Of a stretch of 64,000 bases of DNA, positions 39,796-51,334 are shown piece after piece. Under the pieces are notes generated by a model. The model did no database searches and was not told the DNA's origin. It worked only from the letters and a program-made list of their open reading frames with translations. The number at the start of each line of letters is the position of its first letter. Within the stretch, counting starts at the first letter, position 1. The position numbers and the translations under genes were made by a program. Origin of the DNA: Sarea resinae (Eukaryota); the NCBI GenBank assembly GCA_026026165.1, contig JAPEUD010000067.1:1-64000 (forward strand), in the 5' to 3' direction.

Positions 39796-40489
39796 GTGAG
39801 TGGGCGAATGTGGACGGGAGCGAGCGGGTCAGGCGGGTCTTCAACAAGCATCCTATCTCGCCGGCCTGCAGAAAGCAAGAAAGAGCAGAGGCCTCAAGAA
39901 AGAAGGGAAAAGATCGCTACATTGAGGCTAGATTATGTATGTTCTGTCGTCTCTAGAGCCTTAGAGCGTGTGCTATTCAAAAATTTCAAATGCACAAGGA
40001 ATCAAAATTGCACCGTGGTAAATCCAATATGTATTGATCTGGGGTTCTTGGAAGAGTAAAGTCTATGAATAAGCAGACAGTGTCCAAGCAAAACGTGGAT
40101 CTTCTCTAATGTCATTTTAGGTACCTCGTGAGTCATCAACACTCTCACGCCCACAAGGTCCCATTCCACAGTCCGCAATCATCTAATTTTTATACTAATC
40201 AATTCGCAAATTCCTGGGTAGACCCTTTCCTTTCTTCCTGACGCTTTAAAAAGCGCTACGTACATATAAAGTTCCTCGGTGAAGAAAAAATTGAAATAAG
40301 GCTGCTGTGAAAACGCCCGAAACACGCCTAATGCTATGAAAGCCGGACCAGAAACACACAAAGACGAAGCAAGGTACAGGAAGGTCGGCGGAGAAGGGTC
40401 CGGAGAGAATGAAAAGGGTTGGATATCGAGATCCGGGAAAGGAATCACTTTCGCCCTGCACCCTCAGATCGAACAACTAGAACCAAAAT

Positions 40490-41705
40490 CTACCTCTTTT
40501 TACCACCAGGCCGCGGCTTGCATTCATCCGGTTGTACACTATGCAGCATAACCTTATTCGCAAGCTGCGGGGTATTAAAAGCGTAGCCCTTGCTCCAATC
40601 ATAGCTAACAGCGTACGCGAAGATGTTGCCGTCGCGATTGAAGGTCGTGGCCGAGATAGTGCCGCCCACTTCCGGGTAGCCCTTAAGCCGGTGCTTGGCG
40701 TCCTTGTCCCAGAAGTGAAAGGTGCCGTCGCTGCCAGAGGTGCTGAACGTGCCGTGTACTGGGTGGAAGGAGATGGCGTTGACGGAGAAGACATTAGTGA
40801 CATTGGATTGGTTAGGGGGGTTTTGGCGATGGCATTTGAATGAGAAATTAGAGCTGGCGGTACAGGTGTCAGTATGAACGCAGTCCGTAATTAGGGATTG
40901 GACAAGGCGGTAGGATATTTACCTGCTATCTTTTTCCTCAACGTATTGTATAGCACAACGTCCTTCAATACTTCCGACCGCGAAGCCTGTCGCGTCGGTA
41001 AAACAGCTGACGACTCTCGTCTGCCATTTCAAAGGGCTTTGCATAGTCTTGTAGAATTTGGCCGGTTCGTTCAGACTTATAATGTTGATGTATCGATCCG
41101 CAGTCGCAACCACCATCAGTCTGTCCTTGACGTCCAACGAATAGACTCGTTCCTGGCAAGCTAACGTCGCTGCCGGCTGCGCCTGTCTCAAGTCCCAGTA
41201 TTTCACCGTCTTATCCCAGGAGCCGGTGACAAGCATAGGGGCTGCAGTACCAGGAACGTCAATGAATCTTGCGCACCGGATGGGCTGGTCGTGAGCGGCA
41301 ACTTGCTGCGCAGTAGTATTGCCGCTTCCCAGATCAAGCATTCGGCCTGCTTTGTCGGCGCCGGCGCCTACTACCTTACTTCCATCCTGTGGCACAGAGT
41401 GAGTCCCAGAATGGCAAATCAGTGCAGATTTCAGATCGAGGTACCTTTGACCAGCAGCAGCTCAACACCGGACCTTCGTGGTCAAACAGTGCCTTTCCCT
41501 CACTTCCACCCGTCTGATTAATCTCGTATATACGGACTTTCTTATCCCAGGATGCCACTGCCAGATGTTCCGACATGGGTGAGAATGCGAGGTCCGAGAT
41601 ACTGTCTTCGGGAGGCGAGTTCAACGCGACATCTTTTGATATGTCGCCTTGAGTGGGATTGGACGCCGCCGCGGTAGAGGCCGAGGAGCCGAAGAGGCCG
41701 GCCAT
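40490..41705 (-). CDS. GLE2: mRNA export WD40 nucleoporin Gle2/Rae1 (SonA)
   Basis: PPEDSISDLAFSP, VTGSWDKTVKYWDLRQ, SPLKWQTRVV, GSIEGRCAIQY, FSFKCHR, SYDWSKGY. 2 introns. Confidence 0.95.
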
Positions 41706-41988
41706 CTCGAGGATTTGAAGGATTTGATCCTGGATTTGAGGAGAAGAGAACGAGCCCTTTCTATATTGCGGAGGGGTCCTTGTTGGTTGAAAGGTGACTG
41801 TAGAACGGGCATAGAAATCAACAGTAAGTCCTCTGCTTCCTCGTAGTACTATCGTTACCTACCGCCAGCCAACCTCAACCTCGAAATTCTAAACGCGGGC
41901 GCTTGAGCGCTAAAACCTACGGCAAGGTACGCGAGCGTTGGCGTGCCATTGAAGTGGTCACATGATCTCGCTTCACCAATTTGTTCTC

Positions 41989-41994
41989 TATATA
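41989..41994 (+). promoter_or_regulatory. TATA-like element followed by a CT-rich tract, upstream of the RNase MRP RNA
   Basis: TATATA about 90 nt before the predicted RNA 5' end, followed by a pyrimidine tract at 42001-42040. Confidence 0.45.
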
Positions 41995-42080
41995 GTTGCG
42001 TCCCTTTCTTTTCTTCCTCGCTTTTCTTCCTCACTCCTCGCACACAAGATTCGCATTCGAAACTCACACACAGAGATTCG

Positions 42081-42542
42081 TCCTCTTTCGAGGTCTCTAT
42101 CTCGAGATGACTTCATCTCATGTTGATTTTGGGAGAAAGTCCCCGGACACGCTTTCCCTCGAGGGAGCAAAGTGGAAACACGCCGCCATAAAAGCACAAC
42201 CGCGGCTTATCTCACCTGTCCTCCTTCCACTTTCTCAGCTTTCCAAAGCCGTTCGCACTCTCGCTTGAGCTACTCACAGCGGTCGTTACCTGGGCTCGAG
42301 AGACACTATGGATGAAGATACGAGTCCGCGCTCTCTAGGCTTGGCTTCTACTCAAATGGGTTTCTCTGGCGAGAGGAGGATCTGGTTACGTCTGGCGTTA
42401 GTGAGATGGGTCAAAGGACTGGAGAGACTGATTTCGTCGTGATGGATAGTAATGCGACTGCTTTGGTCTTTTCCCTTCGGTCTTCGGACGGAATAGAAAG
42501 GATCCAGGGTAACTCGATGGGGCTTATTCTTGATGCGAGGAG
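42081..42542 (+). ncRNA. NME1: RNase MRP RNA
   Basis: CR-I GAAAGUCCCCGG (42135-42146) pairs with CR-V AUGGGGCUUAUUC (42517-42529) to form P4. CR-IV-like AUAGUAAU at 42446-42453, P8 GUG-GAAA-CAC at 42172-42181, P3 hairpin before CR-I, and complementary ends (UCCUC/GAGGA). End coordinates are approximate. Confidence 0.88.
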
Positions 42543-42930
42543 TCCAAAATTCCTTTTTACCCAAGTCTGTAGCTTATCTGCAAAGTGGGCCGACTCCACC
42601 CTGTCTTTGAGACATTGGTGAGCGGTCAGAAGCCCGGTCGAACGGGCCAGACTTTTATAATACGTTCAGGTGATGATATACCAATCATAGAGTCAAGCAC
42701 TGAGGTACCTCGCAGACCCTACGTGGTGTCGAGGACCTTTGATGACACGATTTGCGTTATGGTATCTGATGGACGAGTTACTATTGATAGTTGGTCAATT
42801 GTATTTCATCTATGAATTCGAAAACATTTTCCTTGTTGAAGTGACTGCCATGATGCAAGCAATAGACAACGCCAGGTCCGCTCACGGTGAGCGGTATGCA
42901 ATACATGCCCATGGAATGAAGCTACAATCC

Positions 42931-45019
42931 CTAATCGCCTCTCCCCTTATTATCCTCTCGGCCTGCTTTCCGTCTTTCACCGGAGTCTGCCTCGTCGTCG
43001 CTACTAGCTAGACCGAGGCTATATCTCTCCCTTTCCATATCCTCCTCCCTTGGCGTCTCCACATGCAGGTCGTCCAGCTCGCTCTCGTCAAAGTCTCCGG
43101 CCTCGAGATCTCTACCGGAGCGCTTGGTCCTGAAGCTCTCGAGACCCATTGCCCGGCGTGCTTGCTCCATACCGCCAGCAGCGCTCTGTCCGCCTCTTCT
43201 ACCACTGAACAGGCCTCGATACCCTGCTCTCTTTCTTCGATCACTCCATATAAACCAAGCCCAGACACCAAACATTATGACGACGATAACAAGTGCTACC
43301 TCACCAGACTTGTAGTATGCGTGCCATTTCGCCTGCTGCAATCTCTCTTCCTCTGCCTCTTCTGCAGCTGTACTGTTAGGGTGACCTCCAACACTCGTTT
43401 CCAGGCCCTTTTCTCCATCGATCCTGCTATCCGCTGGTGTGCCGCCGATACTTGCGATATCAACACCCAAAAAGCGGTCTAGCATATCCCTCGTTCGTCT
43501 GGGGTAATCAAAGGGTACCATATGGCTTGAGTTATAAAACAAGACATAGGTCAAGTTTCTTGCCTCCTGATAGATTCCCGCGGGCTCGCCCTCGAACGTC
43601 CAGTCGCGTCGTGGAGCCCAGGTGCCTGGACTCAGTTCGAATCCTTTCCCCCCATTCCACTCCATGTTCCCGATCAGTTCCTCTGTCCCTAGGTGATTGC
43701 ATATAAGGTCCTTTTCACCCGAGAAAAGCACGACGGGCATATGCTCTAGCAGACCAGGAAGCAAGGTGATTGAGGGCAATGAGTGCTTTTGCGTAAATTC
43801 CGAGGAAACAGCGCCTGAACACTCTGTCCATCCAGACCGCTTATCAGGGTTAACATGCAAGGCCTGTATCACATCCGGCCGGCGTAGATAAGGCGTGACA
43901 TTGTCCAAATCCGGAGGCCAATTCATACCGCAGGAAGGGTACGAATCGGTAAGTCGAACATCATACATGTTGACACAACGCGCGCCTTTTCCATCATTGC
44001 TCTTAGTAAGAGATAATATTTCTTGAAGTACGGCTTCACATTGGGGAACATCGACCGGGGGGGGATTTCCAGCTGCGTCAAGAGCTTTGATACAGACAGA
44101 TTGCTGCGACTCGACTTTCTTAGCTACGTCGGATCCACCTTCGATGAGTCCAGCTTTGTACATATAAGGAAGGTATGAGAGATACTGCTCTGTTGGAGAG
44201 ATCCATCCGTTACCTATCAGCAGACCTTCGAGACTCCATCTCTGTTTGCTATCGTCCCGGTTGCGGTCGACTATAGCCTGGGCAATGTAAGGTATATATT
44301 GGCCAGCATATGACTCGCCAGCGAAGTAAAGCTGCGCCATTATTAGCCTCTGAACTTTGACTGTAGCACTATCTCCGGAGAAGGGGCAATTTACGTCATC
44401 GTGCTCATACTCGGGAAAGAGCGCAAACCATTTTTCCAAGAAAATGACGACTTGATCGCCCATTGTTTTCAATTCATGAATATAGCTGTCTGTGTCGACG
44501 TAACTGAATCCTGTTCCAACGGGTTGGTCCAGAAACAAAATGTTGGCGAATTCGTCCCAGGACCCTTCGTTGTATTGAAGCTGTGTATTGTTCTTCAGCC
44601 TGTATGGCCCTACCTCCATCAATGCCCCATCCATAGAGCTGCAGCCCGGTCCGCCATTGAGCCAAATCACGGTCCTTTGGCTGTTGGCGATGTGGCGATT
44701 CTGAAAGTGCCAAAAAAAGAGGTTTCCGTGATGTTCGGGGTTGATTTCAACATGTCTACGATATTGTCAGTATGTCAGACGGCTGTAAACAGCTGGAGTC
44801 ATGTTTTGGGCATCCTATAACGCACCCAGCATGCATCTTCAGCAGAGGTCCATCCGGAGCCCCTGGCAAGGAATGTACGTAGTAGTCCGCGGCCGTCTTA
44901 TCGGCTGCCACAGCCAGGGACTGGGACAGTGACAAGAGGAAGCCACAACTTAGGATCCTCATGATAGCTTCACCAAAGCTTCCATTTAGAAGACCGCAGG
45001 TAGGTGGGCGCATTGTCAT
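42931..45019 (-). CDS. KEX1: Pheromone-processing serine carboxypeptidase Kex1
   Basis: [36 protein letters not shown], a C-terminal TM segment and an acidic tail. The start ATG could also be 45013 or 44963. Confidence 0.95.
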
Positions 45020-45821
45020 AGCTATCGATAGCCGTAAGCTTCGCAACGTGGTATCACTGGACGGGTGCCTTGTTGCAACGGGGCGTCCCACGAAGACAGA
45101 GGTCGCTGTGGGCTGCTGACGTTTCCCGTACAGCTTCAGGCGGGCTCTTGAGAGGCCGGAAACCGTGGCGCTAGCGACTCTAATCCATACAGGCAGGTAA
45201 ACAAATGTGCTCCTGGGACTTGGACTGCTTTTCAAGGGATGGATATATTGAGACTCTGCTTCTTGCTTCTGGTACGAAGTCAGAGTACGAGTACAGTCTT
45301 ATTGATAGGTGGTGTCTCGAGGCCTGAGCTCACAGCCGGAGAGCTCGCGTACCTGAGGTACTGCATACTTCGCATATGAGTCGCTCCCTGCAGCTGCAGT
45401 CCACAGTGCGGAGTACCTACTCTTTCTGTACTCTGTACTTAGGTACCTACGGAGTACCGATAACGAAAATCGGCGTAAATACGGTGTTCTGATTTAGGTG
45501 AATTATTCGAGGACCGAGATGGAACAACCCTCTAAAACGCCTCTACGAAGTAATAAGTGATACCTGGTATGAGCTTAGAAGGGAGTCGAAACAAGTTCAA
45601 AGTCGTTTTATCATTTTTGTCAAGGAAGTTGAGGCCCTGAAAGCGTTTCGTCTTTCATTGTTCTGCTATATCAAGTTACATTGCTATTGGTTGATTGCCG
45701 TTCTAGATTATAATATACGAGCAAGCTTTCTCATGGATCTCCAGTTCAAGATTCGTCGATGTAATCAAAGATATCCAAAAATCGATCTTTCTTGAAGGAA
45801 ACTTTTGTTGATCAGTCTACC

Positions 45822-46728
45822 TTATTCAAGAAATCCCTCGAAGCCTTTCTCGGAATCTTTCTTGATTAGATCTACCATGCCCTAAGAAGTGTCAGATTTT
45901 TTAAGGTGCATGCGAGGCCGTAGTAATGGCCAAATGGCAAGGGACTGCTGACCTGTGGCATAATTGGCTGTCCACCTTCCGACTTTACGTAGCGGAAAGG
46001 CATTTCGACGCTTTCATGCTTGTTGATCTTGATCTCCGGACAGTCTATATATTGAAGATTTTGCAATGGGACTGATATATAAAGTCAGTAGAGGGGATGC
46101 GGTTTCTAAGATTCCAACTGGGATTGTACTTTTGTCTTGGGTTACCATTCTTGTTACCCGTACTGCGGTATCCGTGGTCATTTGCTTGGGCCCAAGTCTT
46201 CGACCCTCAAAGCCTTTTGCCCTCAACTCAGATGTCCGATCTATTCAACATTAACAACCGCTTGATCACCATTGAAGGTACCACACCCGCGTACCTCTCG
46301 GGGGATCGTCGCCTGTGATCCCACCCATAGTTAGCCTACGAGAGCACAGATCCGAGATCAAGCCATCCTTGCGGCAGGACCCAAATACCTAGAATTCCTC
46401 CAAACAAAAAGACCGAGAATTGATCACCATCTTCGGGGCTCAAATCCTTCGTTGCAGCTGGATCAAGCAAGCAGACGGTGCCCCTCTTATCGGCGAAGAG
46501 ATTCTCGACATCTTTGCCTTCAACCTGTAGCCCCTCAATTGACTGGAGCTCCTCTTGTGACCGAAGAGATTCCGGTACGGAAGATAAGCAAAATCCGACA
46601 CCAGCTTTCTGAGACTCCTGAGCAATGGTAAGATATTCCAGCGCCGACCATGGGCCCAACTCCGGGTCCAAATGCTCCACCACGTAGGTTTTGGGTTTTC
46701 CGCTCCCTCGAGGTGCCGGACTCTCCAT
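45822..46728 (-). CDS. SFM1: SPOUT protein-arginine methyltransferase Sfm1 (DUF431)
   Basis: YVVEHLDPELGPWSALEY, CLLDP, FLFGGILG|DDPPR, GRRLGPKQMTTDTAVRVT, ESVEMPFRYV. Confidence 0.9.
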
Positions 46729-47703
46729 GATCAGGAGCTTGGGTGCAGAGAAATCATTGAAGTACGAATCGTGTTCCTCAAAGCCACCGAGACATCGGCG
46801 CGAAAGAGGAAAAGGGAAGCTTTAAACGATGTCCGACGTACGAGTTTGCCTACCTCCTTGAGTAGAAGCTTTTTTGAGACTACCTACTACCTAGTAGGTA
46901 AGACTTGGGCCCAATAACGATGGATGACATATGCCGAGACTACAGCGATATAGCGGGGCTGCAGTGTACAGCACACAACATGCCATAAGTGCAGACGGGC
47001 GTTCTCTTTTGATTTGGACGACAGCCGTCATGAGTTACAACTAGCAGCCGCGTACTTCTTTATTTCACTGCCATTGCGGCATCTCATCTTTAATAAGGTA
47101 ATTACCTACCTACCTCTCTCACAACGAGACCCTTCCGTGAACATTAGAATCCTCGACTAGGTACCTAAGGTACCTACCTTAACTACTCAATACTAGGACG
47201 AATTACATGAGGTAGTAGGCGAGTTTTCGTTTCATACCCACGATTGGCTCGCTCCGAGACGTCTCCCCAGGGTACCAGTACTTTGCCTCTGCCCCGTCCT
47301 CTGCCGTACCGAAGGTACGCGCTACTTGGCGTTGCTGTTCTTGACCCTTCGTCCTCCGTACGAAGAGAAAGTGACCGAGACATAATCTGTGACACTGATA
47401 CCCAATCCCGCCATCATCGTCATAACCAAACCACCTTGAGAACGGGCATGCTGATTGCAAACCTCATACTTATCCTTTCTTCAACACCAATTTGAATTGA
47501 ACACCACCAAAAAGCTCTCGTACGCCGCAGCAGCCTCACCGCTGCCACAGCGACGACGACGACGCTTGGCTTGGCCTCAGTCACGCAATAACGGCTTCGC
47601 AAAAAGCCCCACGTTACAGTGAACCTTCCGACCACGCTGCTTTGCAGATAAGCTCCAACAAGATTTACTTTCGAACTGGAACTCTATCAGCTGCTCACCT
47701 ACG

Positions 47704-48356
47704 ATGAATCCTCACCAAAAGAACAAGATTGACATCAGCGTAAGTCTAAGTGCTACTGGCTGTGTCCTCAAAAGGATCTCTCCCCTACTGGGCAGCATCC
47801 TTCGGGCATACATGTTTCTCTTCTCTTACAGTGGACTAATCTTCTATCACAGTCGCTATCCGAAGAAGAGCAGAAGCTGTTTCGTCTATATGGAAAGCTC
47901 CCCAACAAAAAGGATCTGTTTCAGAACAAACTCAAGGTAAGGGCTAACATTTATCCATCATTCACAGTGGCCTCCATCGCAGACTTTAAGCTGACGTCTT
48001 CACTCACATAGGAACGCAAATACTTCGATTCGGGCGACTACGCTCTCTCCAAGGCCGGAAAAGCTTCCGACGTAGGCGTCACCCAGATCGGCTCTCAACA
48101 TCCTTCGCCTGAGAGCATCCCGCACTTAGCCTCTCCTACCCCTAATGGCAATGGCAATGGCAACAACGGGAACAACCCAGCTCCGCAACCTGGACAGAAC
48201 GTCCCCAGCGGAAGCCCGGTGAAGGAAAGTAGCTTCTTGCATCGCGAGACCAGCATGGGTCAAAGTCAGGTGGCTGGGGAAGACGCCCGAGCAGAATTGG
48301 ACGAGAGCGTGAGCCCACCTCCTTATAAGGAGGGAGTTCCTATCAGGGGCGTCTGA
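47704..48356 (+). CDS. IGO1: Endosulfine/ARPP-19 family protein, 3 exons; mostly missed by the ORF track
   Basis: MNPHQKNKIDIS|SLSEEEQKLFRLYGKLPNKKDLFQNKLK|ERKYFDSGDYALSKAG, containing the Greatwall/Rim15 FDSGDY site. Confidence 0.93.
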
Positions 48357-49327
48357 TCCCTTGCCTTATGCGAATTGGATTTTGAGGACCTGAATTTGAC
48401 TGTTGGCGGGAGCCCCTGTATGAGACTGCAGGGCTTTGAGGGAGGGGAGGGACGATGTGTTGCTTTGCTTTTCCCTAAGAAAAGACAGCACTATGGACGT
48501 TGAAGTCCTCGTTGGTAGGAAGGAAATTGGCGTTTGGGGTGATCATTCTCTGCTTTCCCTATAGCTACCTTATCTCTCTCCAGATGGTGCCAAGTAGAGC
48601 TTTTGTCTTGGTGGTTTTCTTCAAAGTCGGAGGCGACGGAAATGTCTGCTGAATACGATATTCCATATCAAAGAGATATAACTCGGATCCGTCCATGCGA
48701 CGAAGTGATGGATTGCATTGCCCAAGAGGTTTTATATTAGCTTTTCAACTTTGGCCTCATCTGAGGACCATCAGAGAAGTGTCGACAATTTTCTGCTATA
48801 GCCTCCATAGACCATGCTCAAGCGTTCTATGTTTTCGTCATTCCTCCATTTGATTTTCCACCAGTAGATTGGTCATGTGCTACATCTGCAGCATCCACGA
48901 TTCCGTGCAGTTTTGAGACGCCCATGTCCCGGCGCTTAGACATATTGGGCTTGGACGCGATTATTCCATGGGTGATGGACCCTCAGAACCAGAAAGGGAC
49001 CATGATGGCTGATCAATGATGAGGATGCAAATGCTTGCTGCTATTGCTGCACGTAATTCAAAGATCTGTCAATCCTTGTTCTGTGAATCAACTTGTTCAT
49101 TCACGAACATTTCCCAACTGGGGGAGGGCCTCAAGACTTGGAGCCTCCGAATTCATCGGATCTCGAGAGTTCAGTCGGTGAATATTGGATCGGTGACTCG
49201 AAGATCTACTTTACGGATTAACATACAAGCGACCAACTCAGCGCTTCTACCTTACGGGCCGTAGTGGCCGGTACCGAAGACGACTGCAGGCATGAATGCC
49301 AGTGGGAAGGCCGCTGTACGTCTGCAT

Positions 49328-49353
49328 CTGCAGAGGTACCGGTACCTCTGCAG
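49328..49353. repeat. 26-bp perfect palindrome CTGCAGAGGTACCGGTACCTCTGCAG
   Basis: Equal to its own reverse complement, about 560 bp upstream of the ICE2 ATG. Confidence 0.95.
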
Positions 49354-49910
49354 CTCCACAGACGCAGTACCCGGCTCATCACCCGTACCTGCACTGGACA
49401 GATGGACGCACGCGACAACCAATTAATTCCTGCAAGTTGAGCAATTTCTGGGCTTCCTGTCAGGCAACTGCATCCTGCCATCAGCCCATTGACAACCAAA
49501 CGGGCAGAACGACCTTTTATATCGACCGCCAAGAAGCTGCAGCTCCGTCGCCCAGACGAAAACACGGCTCACGGCGGTGAGGCAGGTGAAGCAGGCCAAG
49601 CAGGTCAAGCCTTAGCGTCTTCTCCACGACTACATACAGCCACTGCCGGGGTCTGCACGTGAAGATAGAGGCGGTAGGGCAAATCAATATTGACCCTCTC
49701 CCCCCAAAGAGAATCATCTCGAGACACCATCTTCATTTGCTCGTCATCATAGCGTCTCGACGGAGACCAGCCTTGGGAAGCTTTCTTGGTCTGCTCAGAG
49801 CATTCGGATGCCCCCACCTCGAAGGGCACTTCTCCAGCATCACCGACGGCCAAGCTTCAACGTTGCCCAGCTAGGTGCGCTTTAACGCGTGCTCGGCGCC
49901 GTTCGCGCCG

Positions 49911-51334
49911 ATGTGGTTCTTCCGAGTTCTTTCCTCGATCATCTTCCTTTTCACTATCATCTTCTCGATACCCCTCGCCTTCGATGTTGGCGGCCGGACC
50001 TGTGGTCTGGCCTTCTCGCTGTCGCTTGCCTCGTTCTACTTCATCTACTCTGTTTTGCGATTAGCGACGCCAGACAAGTCCCGATTTCGGTATGCCTTGG
50101 TACAGACGTTGGGCTTGACACAGTGGGTCCTGTTGCCCACGCTCTTGATCTGTTGCCTAAACAGATTCTCTGTGGATTTCAATAGCAGTGGTGGCTGGGT
50201 CGAGCGAACTTTTGATCGGGCGAGAGCGGTGGACACGGGAGTCAAGGAGTGGATCTTTGGACACGATGGGCTTCTGGAGTGGCTCACAATAGGAAGCTGG
50301 GACAAATTGTTGAGATACTCGACGCCTGTCTTCCAACTCTCTGAAGGATTCTGCAGCTTGTTGGTGATCCAGGCCGCAGGTCAGATCAGTCGCTGGCTGG
50401 TCAACCGGGAAAGGAGTGAAAGCTGGATGGTTGGTGCTTTGTTCCCCAATGCTCTGGCGCACGTTCACTAATCTTTGGTACCAGATCGGATTCCTCGTCC
50501 TCTCAGCTTCCATAATATCCAGCTCCGTATACTTTCTTTGGAGGGTAATGAAGTTTCCGGAGATTGGTAGTGTCGATGCCGCCCTTATTGGCGTTGCAAT
50601 CACATGCGCGGTTTTCTTGTGCGCATGGGGAATTGGTAGTGGCAGGGGAAATGCTGTGGAAAGCTCATTACTTGTTCGTTGCTCTTAACGCGCCTAGAAT
50701 TACCGAGCACTGACACCTCAAATAGTTCGCATATATTGTCCTCTGCATCTACCAAATCTTCACCGATTATCAGCCTTCCTCCCCTATGGAACCTTCCTCA
50801 CCACCTCCACAGCCCGACTTCCCCCCTTTTCCTCCTATAGTGATGGCGTCTTACACAACCCTTCTGGACGCACTATCCACCCTTCCGTCAGCCTTCTTCG
50901 CTGCTTCAAATTTCCTAGTCGCCGCCCTGAGCACCATCACACCATCAGTCATCATCTCACTCGCCTACCGTCTCTTCGTGCTCTATGCCTCTACACGCAT
51001 TATCCCGGCGATCCGCGAGTCGGGGGCCCGTGCCCTCTCGCAGGAGCCTTCTGTCGAAGACAGCGATGGAGCAGGACAGGTTCTGGGCCTCCTCAGTTGG
51101 TTTAGTCCTAGTATCCTTGTCGCGGTCTACACGAATTTGCTATTGCAGCATTTTTCGACTACTAACGGCGAGAGCGCTGGTGAGTGGTGGTCCACGCAGG
51201 GAGGAGACATTGGTGGAAATGTGTGGAGATGGATCAACGTTGGCGGCACTATGGCTCTGTATGCTCTAGAGCTCTATCTTGGACAGGAAACCGACATGGA
51301 CGGCGCTTTGACGGGACACTGGAAGGCCGACTGA
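49911..51334 (+). CDS. ICE2: ER membrane protein Ice2
   Basis: IPLAFDVGGRTCGLAFSLSL, STPVFQLSEGFCSLLVIQAAGQ, GRGNAVESSLL|FAYIVLCIY, SPSILVAVYT. Ends WKAD*. Confidence 0.92.

Noticed and set aside
49016..49090. ATGATGA C-box-like word
   Set aside because: No matching D box or rRNA-complementary guide found.
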